From Candidatus Saelkia tenebricola (lineage in GTDB: Bacteria > Omnitrophota > Gorgyraeia > Kaelpiales > Kaelpiaceae), in the NCBI GenBank assembly GCA_030765145.1, contig JAVCDA010000010.1, positions 119,344 to 183,343 on the forward strand: a stretch of DNA of 64,000 nt, given 5' to 3'. Both the position numbers and the translations under genes were made by a program. The notes beneath the pieces are model-generated. The model was not told the origin of the DNA. It was given only the letters and a program-made list of their open reading frames with translations, and did no database searches. Positions 18,646-28,786 of this stretch are shown here, in pieces. Each line of letters begins with the position of its first letter. The stretch's first letter is position 1.

Positions 18646-21600
18646 ATTGTTCTTGGTTTTGATATCCGCAAAATTTTTGTTACAACATATCGTACGTCTT
18701 CCATTATTATATACACACAGGGAATAACTAAAAGGGTTAAAATTGTTGAAACGCTCATCCCTCCAATAACAGTCTTTGCCAAAGGCGACCATAAATTGGC
18801 AGATTCGCTCCTGTCCACCGCCATGGGGATTAAACTACAAATTGTAGTTAACGATGTCATAAATATCGGTCTTATCCTGCTTTCGGCTCCTAAGAGCACT
18901 GCTTTCCTTAATTCCATCCCTTCTATTCTTAAAAGATTTATGTGATCCACCATAACTATAGCGTTATTAACAACAATACCTCCCAGCATTAACATGCCCA
19001 TCAACGCACCAATATTAATCGATGTACCAGTATAGTAGAGCGTAGGGATTACACCTATCGCCGCCAAGGGAACTGTAGTCATGATGATAAGGGGCTGAAT
19101 ATATGATTCGAAGAGAGACGCTAAAACCAAGAAAATCAGAATTAAAGCTACCCAAACTGCAAAGTTCAATTGCTTGTTATTCTCTTCCATCAATTCATAA
19201 TCTCCGCTAAAGCGATGTGAGTAATCATCCGGCATTTTAAAATCGCGAAGCGCTTCTTTGGATATTTCAATTGCCTTATCTAAAGAAAGAGCACCCCTAT
19301 TAGCGCTAACCTGAACCATTCTGGATTTATTCTTATGCCAAATCTCGCTAGGCGCAATATCAAATTTAAGATCTGCGATTTGCTTGAGAGGAACCTGAAT
19401 TCCGTTGCTGTTTACAAAAGTAAGGTTCTTTAAGTCTTTAAAACTATCTCGGCTTTCTTCTTCCATCCTCACCACTATCTCTACCTCTTTAGTCTTTGTA
19501 TGAAAAAAGGAGGCCCGCAAACCTCTTATTTTTCCATGCAACTGGTAGGAGATATCCTGGATAGTCAGCCCGTAAGTGCTTGCCTTATCTTGATCTATCA
19601 AAACACGAATCTCAGGCCTACCTTCTCTCATCCTTATCTTCTGATCCGTAATGCCTTCAACCGTACTTAATTTCTGCGCTATGCCCATGGCTATCTGCTT
19701 TAAAACATCATAATCATAACCATTTATATCTATAAAAATCTCGCTACTACCTACCTCCTGAGGCAATTCAAAATAAATAAAAGCGTCAAACTGTTTTGCT
19801 ATCTCATCCATCTTAGGGCGTAATTCCGTTATAATATCATCCGTCATCCGATACCTTTGAGAGAGAGGTTTTAGTTTTACATATACTTTCGAAGACCATC
19901 TTTCTATGCGAGAAGAAACAGTTTTAATCTCAGGAACTTCTCTCAAAATGCGCTCTACCATCGCAACAGCCTTATCAGACATCTCAAGGCGAGCACCCGT
20001 AGGCAATTCTACATGAGCGGTAAACTTGTTAAGTTCGGTAATGCCAATAAATTCCTTCCCTATTTGATTCCATAATGGCAACACAATTAAAAACACCGCT
20101 ACCATAAAAAACAAAAACTGATACCTTAATCGTAAAAAGCCACCCAATAGTTTTCTGTAAAATCTTCTGCTTTTTCTCACCTTGTCTTTACGCTTATTGA
20201 TAAATGGAATACCTCGACCAAGCTCCACCATAGATGAGGCTAAAGGCACCAGCGTTAACGCAACAAATAAAGATGCCAGCAAAGAATATACTACAGTCCA
20301 AGCCAAACCGCTATAAAGAATACGCATCTGTTTGCCTACAAACATAATTGGTAAAAATGCAACTACAGATGTAATGGTAGAAGCAACAATTGCAAGACTA
20401 ACTTCCTGCGCTCCATTTAAAGCTGCTAAACGCTTGTTAGCACCTGCCTCCTTTTTTTTAAAAATATTTTCTAATACAACGATTGAAGAATCCACCAACA
20501 TTCCTATCCCAAGTGCAAGCCCTGAGAGAGTCATAATATTTAAAGTCAAACCCTGCATAAACATTATTGTAAACGTTGCCATAACAGAAATTGGAATCGA
20601 AAGTGCAATAATAAAAGTCGGCGGCATATCGTGTAAAAATAACAGCAACACTATTACTGCCAGTGCACTGCCAAACATCAGAGATTTTCGCACAGTATCT
20701 ATGGCTTCTTGAACATACTCCGCCTGCTGGAAAGTAGGCCTGATGATCACGTCTTGAGGGATGATTTTTCTTATTTCCTCAAGTTCTTTGACTATCAACT
20801 TATTAACTTTGATAGTATTAGCCGTGGATTCTTTTTGAATATAAATGGAGACTACCGGACGAGCATCTACCCTTGATAAATCCATCGGGTCCAAAAATGA
20901 ATCCTTTATCTGAGCTACATCTTGAAGGCGTATCACAGAGCCCTGGGGTGTGAAACCCACTCCGATTCCTTTGATATCTTCTATTGTATTGAACTGCCCT
21001 AACAGCCTTATTAAGTACTCAATGCGTTTGCTTTCCAAATCACCGACTAAAATATCCAAATTGTTAGCTCCGACCATATCAATTAACTGCCCCAAAGATA
21101 TGTTGTAGGCTCTTAATGTTGATTCTTCTGTTTCTACTAAAATCTTTCGCTCTCTACCACCTGCAACCTCAATATTTGCTACCCCCTCCAGTCTTTGAAA
21201 CCTTGACTTAACTTTTTCGTCAACAATTCTGCGTAACATCTCCGGAGTATATTTTTCTCCGGTCACAGCAAGTATAACAATCGGAACATCAGTCTGCTGA
21301 TACCGAGCAATAACGGGCTTTTCAATTTCTTTGGGTAATTTATCTTTGACCCTGCCAAATTTTTCTCTCACCTCCAAAGAAGCAAAATCCATATTGGTCC
21401 CCGGCTCAAACTTTAAAATTACCCGCGATTCACCCTCTTCGGATATTGCAATCAATTCTTTCAGATTACTAACATCGCTCACCGCTTCTTCAACCGGCTT
21501 TGTGACCAAGCGTTCAACATCCGGAGATGGTATCCCACCTCTAATCCGTATAATAATACTAATGGTGTCATAGCTGTAATTGGGCATCAACTCTACTGGT

Positions 21601-21695
21601 AATCGAACTAAAGCAATATACCCGATAAGAACAATGCCTAAAAAAATCATTGCCATTGTAATCGGCCGTTTAATCGCAACGCTTGCTAATCCCAT
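18642..21695 (-). CDS. RND efflux permease (AcrB/SwrC-like), copy 2
   Basis: 1017 aa. RP at the N-terminus, GMLVDSSIVV, GIVVNNAIV and RIRPIFMT. Confidence 0.95.
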   Translation of the reverse strand: MGLASVAIKRPITMAMIFLGIVLIGYIALVRLPVELMPNYSYDTISIIIRIRGGIPSPDVERLVTKPVEEAVSDVSNLKELIAISEEGESRVILKFEPGTNMDFASLEVREKFGRVKDKLPKEIEKPVIARYQQTDVPIVILAVTGEKYTPEMLRRIVDEKVKSRFQRLEGVANIEVAGGRERKILVETEESTLRAYNISLGQLIDMVGANNLDILVGDLESKRIEYLIRLLGQFNTIEDIKGIGVGFTPQGSVIRLQDVAQIKDSFLDPMDLSRVDARPVVSIYIQKESTANTIKVNKLIVKELEEIRKIIPQDVIIRPTFQQAEYVQEAIDTVRKSLMFGSALAVIVLLLFLHDMPPTFIIALSIPISVMATFTIMFMQGLTLNIMTLSGLALGIGMLVDSSIVVLENIFKKKEAGANKRLAALNGAQEVSLAIVASTITSVVAFLPIMFVGKQMRILYSGLAWTVVYSLLASLFVALTLVPLASSMVELGRGIPFINKRKDKVRKSRRFYRKLLGGFLRLRYQFLFFMVAVFLIVLPLWNQIGKEFIGITELNKFTAHVELPTGARLEMSDKAVAMVERILREVPEIKTVSSRIERWSSKVYVKLKPLSQRYRMTDDIITELRPKMDEIAKQFDAFIYFELPQEVGSSEIFIDINGYDYDVLKQIAMGIAQKLSTVEGITDQKIRMREGRPEIRVLIDQDKASTYGLTIQDISYQLHGKIRGLRASFFHTKTKEVEIVVRMEEESRDSFKDLKNLTFVNSNGIQVPLKQIADLKFDIAPSEIWHKNKSRMVQVSANRGALSLDKAIEISKEALRDFKMPDDYSHRFSGDYELMEENNKQLNFAVWVALILIFLVLASLFESYIQPLIIMTTVPLAAIGVIPTLYYTGTSINIGALMGMLMLGGIVVNNAIVMVDHINLLRIEGMELRKAVLLGAESRIRPIFMTSLTTICSLIPMAVDRSESANLWSPLAKTVIGGMSVSTILTLLVIPCVYIIMEDVRYVVTKILRISKPRTI

Positions 21696-21698
21696 AAA

Positions 21699-24600
21699 TT
21701 ATCCCTTAAATTCATACCACCTACCCGGACCATTAGGCCCTTTAGCAATTATTATTTCTTTGTCCACCAGGTCTTTAAGGTCTCTCGCCGCGGTGGCAAC
21801 TGAAATTTTAAAAATATCCTGACATTGCCGCCGCATAATTCTACCGTGTTGCTTTATATACAATAAAACTTCTTTTTGTCGTTTGTTTAATTCCGGGAAC
21901 TTCTTGAAAACATCCCTCTCTAACACTTTTTCCTCTATTTCAGGTTCAGATAATATAATTTTTTCTTCCATTATTTCTTGGACAACTTCTATTGTTTTTG
22001 CTTTCTCAAGAGGAGATTCTTTTTCGATCATTTTTACCGCAACTAAATATAGCGCCGGGACAACAAACAATGTAAGAATCGTTGAAGAAGATAACCCTCC
22101 AATAACAGCAATCGCCATAGATGCTCTTAGCTCTGCTCCTTCACTTAAACCTAAAGCTAGAGGGATTAGGCCTAACGTAGTAGTGAGTGCAGTCATTAAT
22201 ATTGGCCTTAGCCTATGTTGGCACGCTTCTATTGCCGCATCATATGGATTAACACCTTCTGCCCTTAGTCCATTAATACGGTCTAGCAATACGATGCCGT
22301 TATTAACAACAATACCTCCTAAAATTATCACACCTAAAAATACCACTATATTTAAAGTGGTGCCTGTAAGTAGAAGGGCTATACTTATTCCGATTAATGA
22401 AAGTGGCACTGAAAACATTATTACGAAAGGCTGCCAAAGAGACTCAAACTGTGCCGCCATAATCATATATACCAAAACAATAGATAGTATAAGAGCAAAC
22501 ATTAAATTCTTGAACGATTCTGCCATTTCTTTTTTCTCTCCGCTCATTTTAACCATATAATCTTTTGGCACTTCAATTGCCTCAATAACATTTTCTATAT
22601 CCTTGATAATTTCACTGAACCTTCTTTTATAAACATTGGCGGAAACCACAACAGTCCTTTCTTGGTCTAAACGTTTAATTTGGCTGGGCCCAATTCCTTT
22701 TGCAAGATAAGCAACATCGGCTAGAGAGACTTCCACCCCTAAGGGAGAATGAATCAAAATATTTCTGACTTTAGCTATATTTTCTTTATCTTCTTCCCGA
22801 AGTCTTGTTCTGATATCATATTCCCTGCCTTCTTCTTTATATTTTGACGCTACATACCCTTTAATTGCAGCCTGAGTAGCCAAAGAAATACTGTTAACCG
22901 AGAGATTATATAGTGCAGCTTTTTTCTTCATTACATTCACTTTTATTTCAGGCTGAGCCGGAGCAAGGTCACTCTTAATATCGTATAAGCCGGAAATATG
23001 TTCAAACCGAGCGATTAAATTCTCAGAAAGAGTTCTTAAGGTGTCTATCTCCTTCCCTTTTAGCTCTATGGTAACAGGCTTACCTCCCTGCATAGCAGCC
23101 TTAAAAATTGTCTCCTGTAAAATATATTCTATTTCCGCCTTTTCTAAATCAGTACCTATTAAATCTGTTTGCAATTGCTGAACCACTCCCTGACTCTTTC
23201 TGTATTCTGCGTCTCTTTTAGACATCTTTTTAAGATTGACGACAATTTGTGCTTGATGTGAGCCCATAGTTGCCACAGCTCCGCCATACGCTTTTTCCTT
23301 ACTAGAACCAATTGTCACACCTACACCTTTTATGTCTGGATAACCGAGTAAAATACGCTCTATTTTTTTAACAACTCCATCTGTAACTTCAATCCTGCTA
23401 CCTGTAGGCATATCTATCTTAATCAAAAATTCACGCTGATCTACTTTGGGCATTAATTCTCTATCAACCGTATTCAGCAAGTAAAAAGCACCCATTGTTA
23501 TCAAGATGATAATTGCAAAATAAAAATATTTGACTTTAAGAAAAGCTTTCAGGCTCCGAGCATATGAAGATTGCAATATCCGCATCCAAGCCCATTCTTT
23601 TCGAACAGTCTTTTCGGTTTTAACTTTAGCTGCAAGTCTTGGGATTAAAGATAACGCTACAGCCAATGATGCTAAAAGCGCAAACGTTACGGTAAAAGCT
23701 AATTCTCTGAAAAGTTGCCCCGCAACTCCTTCTACAAACATAAGCGGCAGGAACACAGCAATGGTTGTAAAGGTAGAAGCTGAAATTGCAGTGGCTACCT
23801 CACTAGCTCCAGAAGATGCCGAAAGAGATGGAGATTCACCCATCTGTCTATGGCGAAAAATATTTTCAATAACAACAATTGCATTATCAACCAACATTCC
23901 TACTCCAAGCGCAAGCCCCCCTAAAGACATTATGTTTACCGAAAGACCTCTGAAATACATCAAGCTAAAAGTAAGCAGAATTGAAATAGGAATTGAAAGC
24001 GCAACTATAACAGAGCTGTAAATGTTCATAAGAAACAAGAACAAGACTATAAATGCCAATACTCCGCCTTGAAAAGCTGCGTCTCTCACCCCATTTATAG
24101 AATCTTCAATAAATTTGGACTGATCATACACAATCTCTATTTCTGCTCTACCTTTAATCCTTTCTCTAATTTCATCCAATTTTTTATTAACATCTTTAAC
24201 GACTTTTATTATATTGGCTCCTGCCTGCCTCTGAATTCTAATTGAAATATTTTCTCTTCCGTTATACCGCGATATGTTAGTTAAATCTTTCAACGAATCA
24301 ACAACTTTTCCTAAATCCTGAACATAAATAATTCTTTTATCAGATGATTCTCCTTTCATCTGCCTAATATATTCTTCATATTGCGTTTTAGGTGGGTCAA
24401 CTTCCTGCACATCAACAACTACATTTCTTATTTCTTCGACAGCCTCAAATTCTCCCATCGTTCTAATCATGTATTCATAGAACGTTTCTTTTATTGTCCC
24501 GGCAGGAAAAGTAAAATTAGTTTGCTTAATTGCTTCGGCAACTTTTAAAATCGGAATTTTATTGGCATATAATTTACCTTGATCCAATTCCACTAAAATT

Positions 24601-25145
24601 TCTCTTTCTCTTCCCCCCACAATACCGGCCGAAGCTATGCCTTCGATTTTTTCAAGCTCATCTTTGATTTCTTTTCTGCACAATTCCCGCAATTGCCTGG
24701 ATGGTATATCACCTTTTACAGAAAGAATCGCAACCGGAATTTCAAAAGGATTAAACTTCATAACAATCGGATCTTCAGAGCCTAAAGGCAATCTCTCTTT
24801 AACGAGATCAATCTTTTCTCTTACACCAAGTGAGGCAAAATCCATATTGGTGCCCCAATCGAAATCTAAGATTATAAGCGATAAACCTTCTTTAGAAAGA
24901 GAGGAAATTTTTTTAAGCCCGTTTACCGTTCCTACCGCTTCTTCCATTATTTTTGTTATTAACGTTTCTACTTCCTCAGGAGAAGCATTCTCATAAGTCG
25001 TAACAATCGTAATTTGCGGATAGGAAATCGAAGGGTACAATTCCTGGGAGAGCTTCATCCAAGAGATAACACCTAAAAGCCCTATTCCTAAATAGAACAT
25101 TGTAATTGTTACTGGTCTCCTAATAGAAAATTCAGGCAGGTGCAT
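21699..25145 (-). CDS. RND efflux permease, copy 1, with C-terminal winged-HTH fusion
   Basis: Motifs GMLVDNAIVV, GIVVNNGIV and RLRPILMT. Extra ~110-aa tail ending LNKRQKEVL..ISVATAARDLKDLV..GPGRWY. Confidence 0.93.
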   Translation of the reverse strand: MHLPEFSIRRPVTITMFYLGIGLLGVISWMKLSQELYPSISYPQITIVTTYENASPEEVETLITKIMEEAVGTVNGLKKISSLSKEGLSLIILDFDWGTNMDFASLGVREKIDLVKERLPLGSEDPIVMKFNPFEIPVAILSVKGDIPSRQLRELCRKEIKDELEKIEGIASAGIVGGREREILVELDQGKLYANKIPILKVAEAIKQTNFTFPAGTIKETFYEYMIRTMGEFEAVEEIRNVVVDVQEVDPPKTQYEEYIRQMKGESSDKRIIYVQDLGKVVDSLKDLTNISRYNGRENISIRIQRQAGANIIKVVKDVNKKLDEIRERIKGRAEIEIVYDQSKFIEDSINGVRDAAFQGGVLAFIVLFLFLMNIYSSVIVALSIPISILLTFSLMYFRGLSVNIMSLGGLALGVGMLVDNAIVVIENIFRHRQMGESPSLSASSGASEVATAISASTFTTIAVFLPLMFVEGVAGQLFRELAFTVTFALLASLAVALSLIPRLAAKVKTEKTVRKEWAWMRILQSSYARSLKAFLKVKYFYFAIIILITMGAFYLLNTVDRELMPKVDQREFLIKIDMPTGSRIEVTDGVVKKIERILLGYPDIKGVGVTIGSSKEKAYGGAVATMGSHQAQIVVNLKKMSKRDAEYRKSQGVVQQLQTDLIGTDLEKAEIEYILQETIFKAAMQGGKPVTIELKGKEIDTLRTLSENLIARFEHISGLYDIKSDLAPAQPEIKVNVMKKKAALYNLSVNSISLATQAAIKGYVASKYKEEGREYDIRTRLREEDKENIAKVRNILIHSPLGVEVSLADVAYLAKGIGPSQIKRLDQERTVVVSANVYKRRFSEIIKDIENVIEAIEVPKDYMVKMSGEKKEMAESFKNLMFALILSIVLVYMIMAAQFESLWQPFVIMFSVPLSLIGISIALLLTGTTLNIVVFLGVIILGGIVVNNGIVLLDRINGLRAEGVNPYDAAIEACQHRLRPILMTALTTTLGLIPLALGLSEGAELRASMAIAVIGGLSSSTILTLFVVPALYLVAVKMIEKESPLEKAKTIEVVQEIMEEKIILSEPEIEEKVLERDVFKKFPELNKRQKEVLLYIKQHGRIMRRQCQDIFKISVATAARDLKDLVDKEIIIAKGPNGPGRWYEFKG

Positions 25146-25173
25146 TTTTATTTTCCGCGGTTAATTAGCAGTA

Positions 25174-26424
25174 TTAAAATAATTTTTCCTGTGTTTCTAT
25201 GATTTTTATCCCGGTACCGGCTGAAAATCTTTTCATACCCGGAGTCTCTATAACAATCAGAGCGCCTTCTGTAAGCCCCTTTTTAATAACAGCATAATCT
25301 GTCGTAATATACTCTACGGTAACTGGAGCATATTTAATCTTTTCTTCTTCTATCATCGCAGCGTAATAAGCACCTTGTTGAATTGATACAGATGAACTCG
25401 GTACAACCAGAGCGTCTTTCTTTCTGAATACAGCAACATCTACCCGGGCAAACATTCCGGGTTTTAACAGTTTGCCTGGGTCTAAAACTCTGACCCTGAT
25501 GTTTAATGTGCGTGTTCTTTCATCAATTGCAGGGAAAACAGTTTCCACATAACCAAAAAACACTCTTGTGGGATAGGTGTCCACCTTGACTTTTACTTTC
25601 TGCCCGGATTTAATTTTAAACACATCTTTTTCTATGACCCCTATTTCTACAAATGTATTGGCGGCATCTAACAAAGTAAAAATAATGTCATTAGGGGTTA
25701 TAAATTCGCCGACATCTTTCTCTTTTTTGTTGATAATACCTGCTTGAGGGGCTTTCATATCAAGTTTTTCTAATTTGACCTTGCTTAGTTGAAGTTCTTT
25801 TTTGCTTATATCTATTTTTGCCTTGGATACTTCAAGCTCCGCCTGCAATTGATCCAGCCTGGCTTTTATAATCGCCCCAATTTCATAAAGCCTTTTGACT
25901 ACTTGATATCTTTTAAGAGCCGCTTTATATTCAGCCTCTGTAGCATTCAATTTTGCCTGAGCCCATTGAATTTCAAGCTTCACATCTTTTGAATCAAGGG
26001 TTGCTAACAAATCTTGTTTTTTGACTTTATCTCCTTCTTTAATTTTGATATTTTTTATTACCCCATTGACTTCAAATCTAAGCTCTATCTCCGGAATATT
26101 CCTAACAGTCCCTACCGCAGGAAGTTCATCGGTAAAATCCGTGAATGCAAGCTTATAAGCCTTAATGGGGATGCTTTGCTCCGGTTGCTGCGGCAGAAGA
26201 GATATCGGCGCTTTGGGTTCGGATTTTTCCTCTTCTTTTTTAAAAGGAGTTTGCTTTTTATCTGCCACTTTAGATGAAGCAGTCAAATCCGAGGAAGGAG
26301 CAAAAAGCCTACGCACACCGACAAACAGTAAAATTACAATAATAATGTTCACTGCAATGATAACTAAACTACGCAGGGTAAATATTTTTTTAATAACGGA
26401 TAAAATGTTGGTATTTTCTTTCAT
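25174..26424 (-). CDS. RND periplasmic adaptor (membrane fusion protein)
   Basis: TM anchor, lipoyl-like motifs (GVIKNI.IKEGD.V, APQAG.I), alpha-hairpin and LKPGMFA. Confidence 0.93.
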   Translation of the reverse strand: MKENTNILSVIKKIFTLRSLVIIAVNIIIVILLFVGVRRLFAPSSDLTASSKVADKKQTPFKKEEEKSEPKAPISLLPQQPEQSIPIKAYKLAFTDFTDELPAVGTVRNIPEIELRFEVNGVIKNIKIKEGDKVKKQDLLATLDSKDVKLEIQWAQAKLNATEAEYKAALKRYQVVKRLYEIGAIIKARLDQLQAELEVSKAKIDISKKELQLSKVKLEKLDMKAPQAGIINKKEKDVGEFITPNDIIFTLLDAANTFVEIGVIEKDVFKIKSGQKVKVKVDTYPTRVFFGYVETVFPAIDERTRTLNIRVRVLDPGKLLKPGMFARVDVAVFRKKDALVVPSSSVSIQQGAYYAAMIEEEKIKYAPVTVEYITTDYAVIKKGLTEGALIVIETPGMKRFSAGTGIKIIETQEKLF

Positions 26425-28667
26425 TGTAATATCTCCACGTTATCTCCTATTCTCAATCCTTTAAAATCCCTGTCTATGCCTTTCTCCAGATAACAGGCTG
26501 CTGTGTTATTATCAATTCTAGCAGGAACAAGCAAAGCATATTCTTGGCCATTTCTATAAACCATGACTTTGCTGTTGGAACTTAACCCCTTGCCTTGACC
26601 AATATTGAGTATTGCCATTCCATACTGATTGTTAACTCCAATAATCCTTCCTTGAATACCCGTAGGAATAATTTGGGTTATTTCTTTCTTAAACTCAGGG
26701 AGCTTGAAAGGAGTGTAGCTTACACTCGTTGCAGGATGATTGCTGAAGTTTTCCCAAGCAGCAATAACAGGTTTTTCTGTCACAAGGCTCATATAGCTTT
26801 CCACTCCGCAAGCTTTGGAGATACTGGAAAGAGCAATGTAATAGCCCAGCAAAGCCCTGTTATAATTTACCTCTTCGTTGGCATAGTCTAAATACCCCTG
26901 CAAAAGCTCTGTGATGTTTGCCTCTTCTACTTTCATTCTACCTTCAGTAACTTTTAATCTTCTACTATGGAACTCCAATTTTTGAAGAGATGTTTCAATC
27001 TGAAAAAGAGAGGAGACATAATTTGCATATGATCTCTCAACTTCGGAAATAATAGATTCTTCCGTTTCCACTTCTTCGTTGACTGCTTTCAAAAATTCTA
27101 CGCGTGCTGTTTTTTCATCGGAAGCCATACTCAACCTATCAACAATAGACCATTCCAAAGATTTGGTAAAAGATTTTGTCGTGTCTTCTGTGCTAAACAT
27201 TCCCACAGGTCTATTCTGCTGCACCACCGAAGCATCCAAAGAGCTGTTGCCGATAGGTCTAGACACTTTTAATCCTAGATACCAGCTATCACGGAATTCT
27301 TCAGGTTCTGATTCATAATCTTCAGCTATTTTGCCGACTTTACCGGTCAAACTAAGATGAAATCTGTTTTTTGATTTTGCAATCTGTTCGTTCAAATTGT
27401 TGAATTGTGTTACTAATTGACGTATCTTAAGTTCCGACCTCTGTGTTTTAGCAATTCTTAAGGCCGTCTCTAATCCTATATTAACTTTTCCGAAAGGCAA
27501 CCAATTGACCAATGTAATCTCCTCGTCGCCAGGTAAATTTAACGTCTGCCTGAACGCTAACTCGGATAGAGAAAGTTCTTTCTGAGTCGAAACAAAAAGA
27601 AACTTTATCTGTTGATAAGACGAAGATAGCTGTTTATATTCAACCTCTGTAATCAAACCTTGTTGATATAGCAATTTGCCCATTGCTAATAATTTATTAG
27701 CTTCAGCCAATAGTTTATTAAAAGTGTCCCAGTTCATTCTGTTCAAAACCACATTGTAAAAATTTCTTTTAAGTTCCAGGGTATAATCTGTAGAAAGTTG
27801 CTGACGTTCCATCAAAGCAAGTTCCATATTAATCTTAGCCTGCTCCAGTTTATATTGCAGTTCGCCGCCATATGAAAGAGGTTGTTCAAATTCAATTTCA
27901 GCTGATTTAGATATAATATTTACCTTACCTGTTGTTTCACCTACCGTATCAACTAATCGAACAACTGCTGTGGGGAAAAACTGTCTTCTTGCTTCCTGAG
28001 CTTTCATTTGTGCAAGTTCATATTGTTCGGTTGCAATTTGTAAAGGCCTATAATTTTCAATTCCTATATCAATCCACCGCTGCCATCCCAGTATAGCCTG
28101 TTGCCATTCTTCTTCATCTTGAGGACCTATTTTTTGCTCAGGAGTAAAACTAAATGATTTAGGTAATTCTGTTTCTTCTTCTTTACTATTTTGACTAAAA
28201 ACCACTTCTTTAATTTCGGGAAAAATTATCTTAATAGTATTATCATCAGAGATAATATTATGTTTGAACTCCTTGCTGCCCTTAATAACAATCCCATCAA
28301 CCTTTCCTGCTTCACTATCTCCAGGTTCATAGCCCGGATAAAATTTTACAGTTGCATATTGTAATCCAAACGAGTTCATCTCTAACTTGAATTTTTCCAT
28401 ACAAAGTAAATTACTCCCAATAAGATCCACAAAAAGAGTTTGCTTGTCCTCCATCCAGTAAGTGTGATATAAAGGGCTGCTATTAAATGATATGGTTATT
28501 GCAAACTTTTTATCTAAAAACCCTTTTTGGATATCTTTAAGAATAACCGTATCATTAACATGATACGGTTGGGAATAAGCAAATGATACGGTTACTAAAA
28601 ACCAGATTACGAATGATACGGTTGTTAATTTCTGATTTTTTTTCTCTATCATTCTTAACATAACCAT
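26421..28667 (-). CDS. TolC family outer-membrane protein with N-terminal AMIN-like and C-terminal FlgT-C-like domains (start codon uncertain)
   Basis: Two OEP-like repeats in the middle. Adjacent to the MFP and RND genes. 748 aa, longer than typical TolC. Confidence 0.8.
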   Translation of the reverse strand: MVMLRMIEKKNQKLTTVSFVIWFLVTVSFAYSQPYHVNDTVILKDIQKGFLDKKFAITISFNSSPLYHTYWMEDKQTLFVDLIGSNLLCMEKFKLEMNSFGLQYATVKFYPGYEPGDSEAGKVDGIVIKGSKEFKHNIISDDNTIKIIFPEIKEVVFSQNSKEEETELPKSFSFTPEQKIGPQDEEEWQQAILGWQRWIDIGIENYRPLQIATEQYELAQMKAQEARRQFFPTAVVRLVDTVGETTGKVNIISKSAEIEFEQPLSYGGELQYKLEQAKINMELALMERQQLSTDYTLELKRNFYNVVLNRMNWDTFNKLLAEANKLLAMGKLLYQQGLITEVEYKQLSSSYQQIKFLFVSTQKELSLSELAFRQTLNLPGDEEITLVNWLPFGKVNIGLETALRIAKTQRSELKIRQLVTQFNNLNEQIAKSKNRFHLSLTGKVGKIAEDYESEPEEFRDSWYLGLKVSRPIGNSSLDASVVQQNRPVGMFSTEDTTKSFTKSLEWSIVDRLSMASDEKTARVEFLKAVNEEVETEESIISEVERSYANYVSSLFQIETSLQKLEFHSRRLKVTEGRMKVEEANITELLQGYLDYANEEVNYNRALLGYYIALSSISKACGVESYMSLVTEKPVIAAWENFSNHPATSVSYTPFKLPEFKKEITQIIPTGIQGRIIGVNNQYGMAILNIGQGKGLSSNSKVMVYRNGQEYALLVPARIDNNTAACYLEKGIDRDFKGLRIGDNVEILQ

Positions 28668-28683
28668 ATCATAACCGTATCAT
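28487..28683. repeat. Array A: seven copies of ATGATA(C/T)GGTT in mixed orientation
   Basis: Copies start at 28487(+, T variant), 28545(-), 28560(+), 28583(+), 28613(+), 28662(-, variant) and 28673(-). Confidence 0.92.
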
Positions 28684-28786
28684 AAAGAATTTCTCAAAAT
28701 TCTGGTCTTATGTCAAGAGAAAAATTCAGTCTTATGCTTATATCATAAACGTTATAAGCACAAGGAAGGGATATTTCGTACGAACC

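Noticed and set aside
20332-24996. Plus-strand ORFs of up to 225 aa (e.g. 21883-22560, 23530-24021)
   Set aside because: Antisense shadows of the RND genes with no family motifs. The same applies to the other short antisense or nested ORFs in the track.
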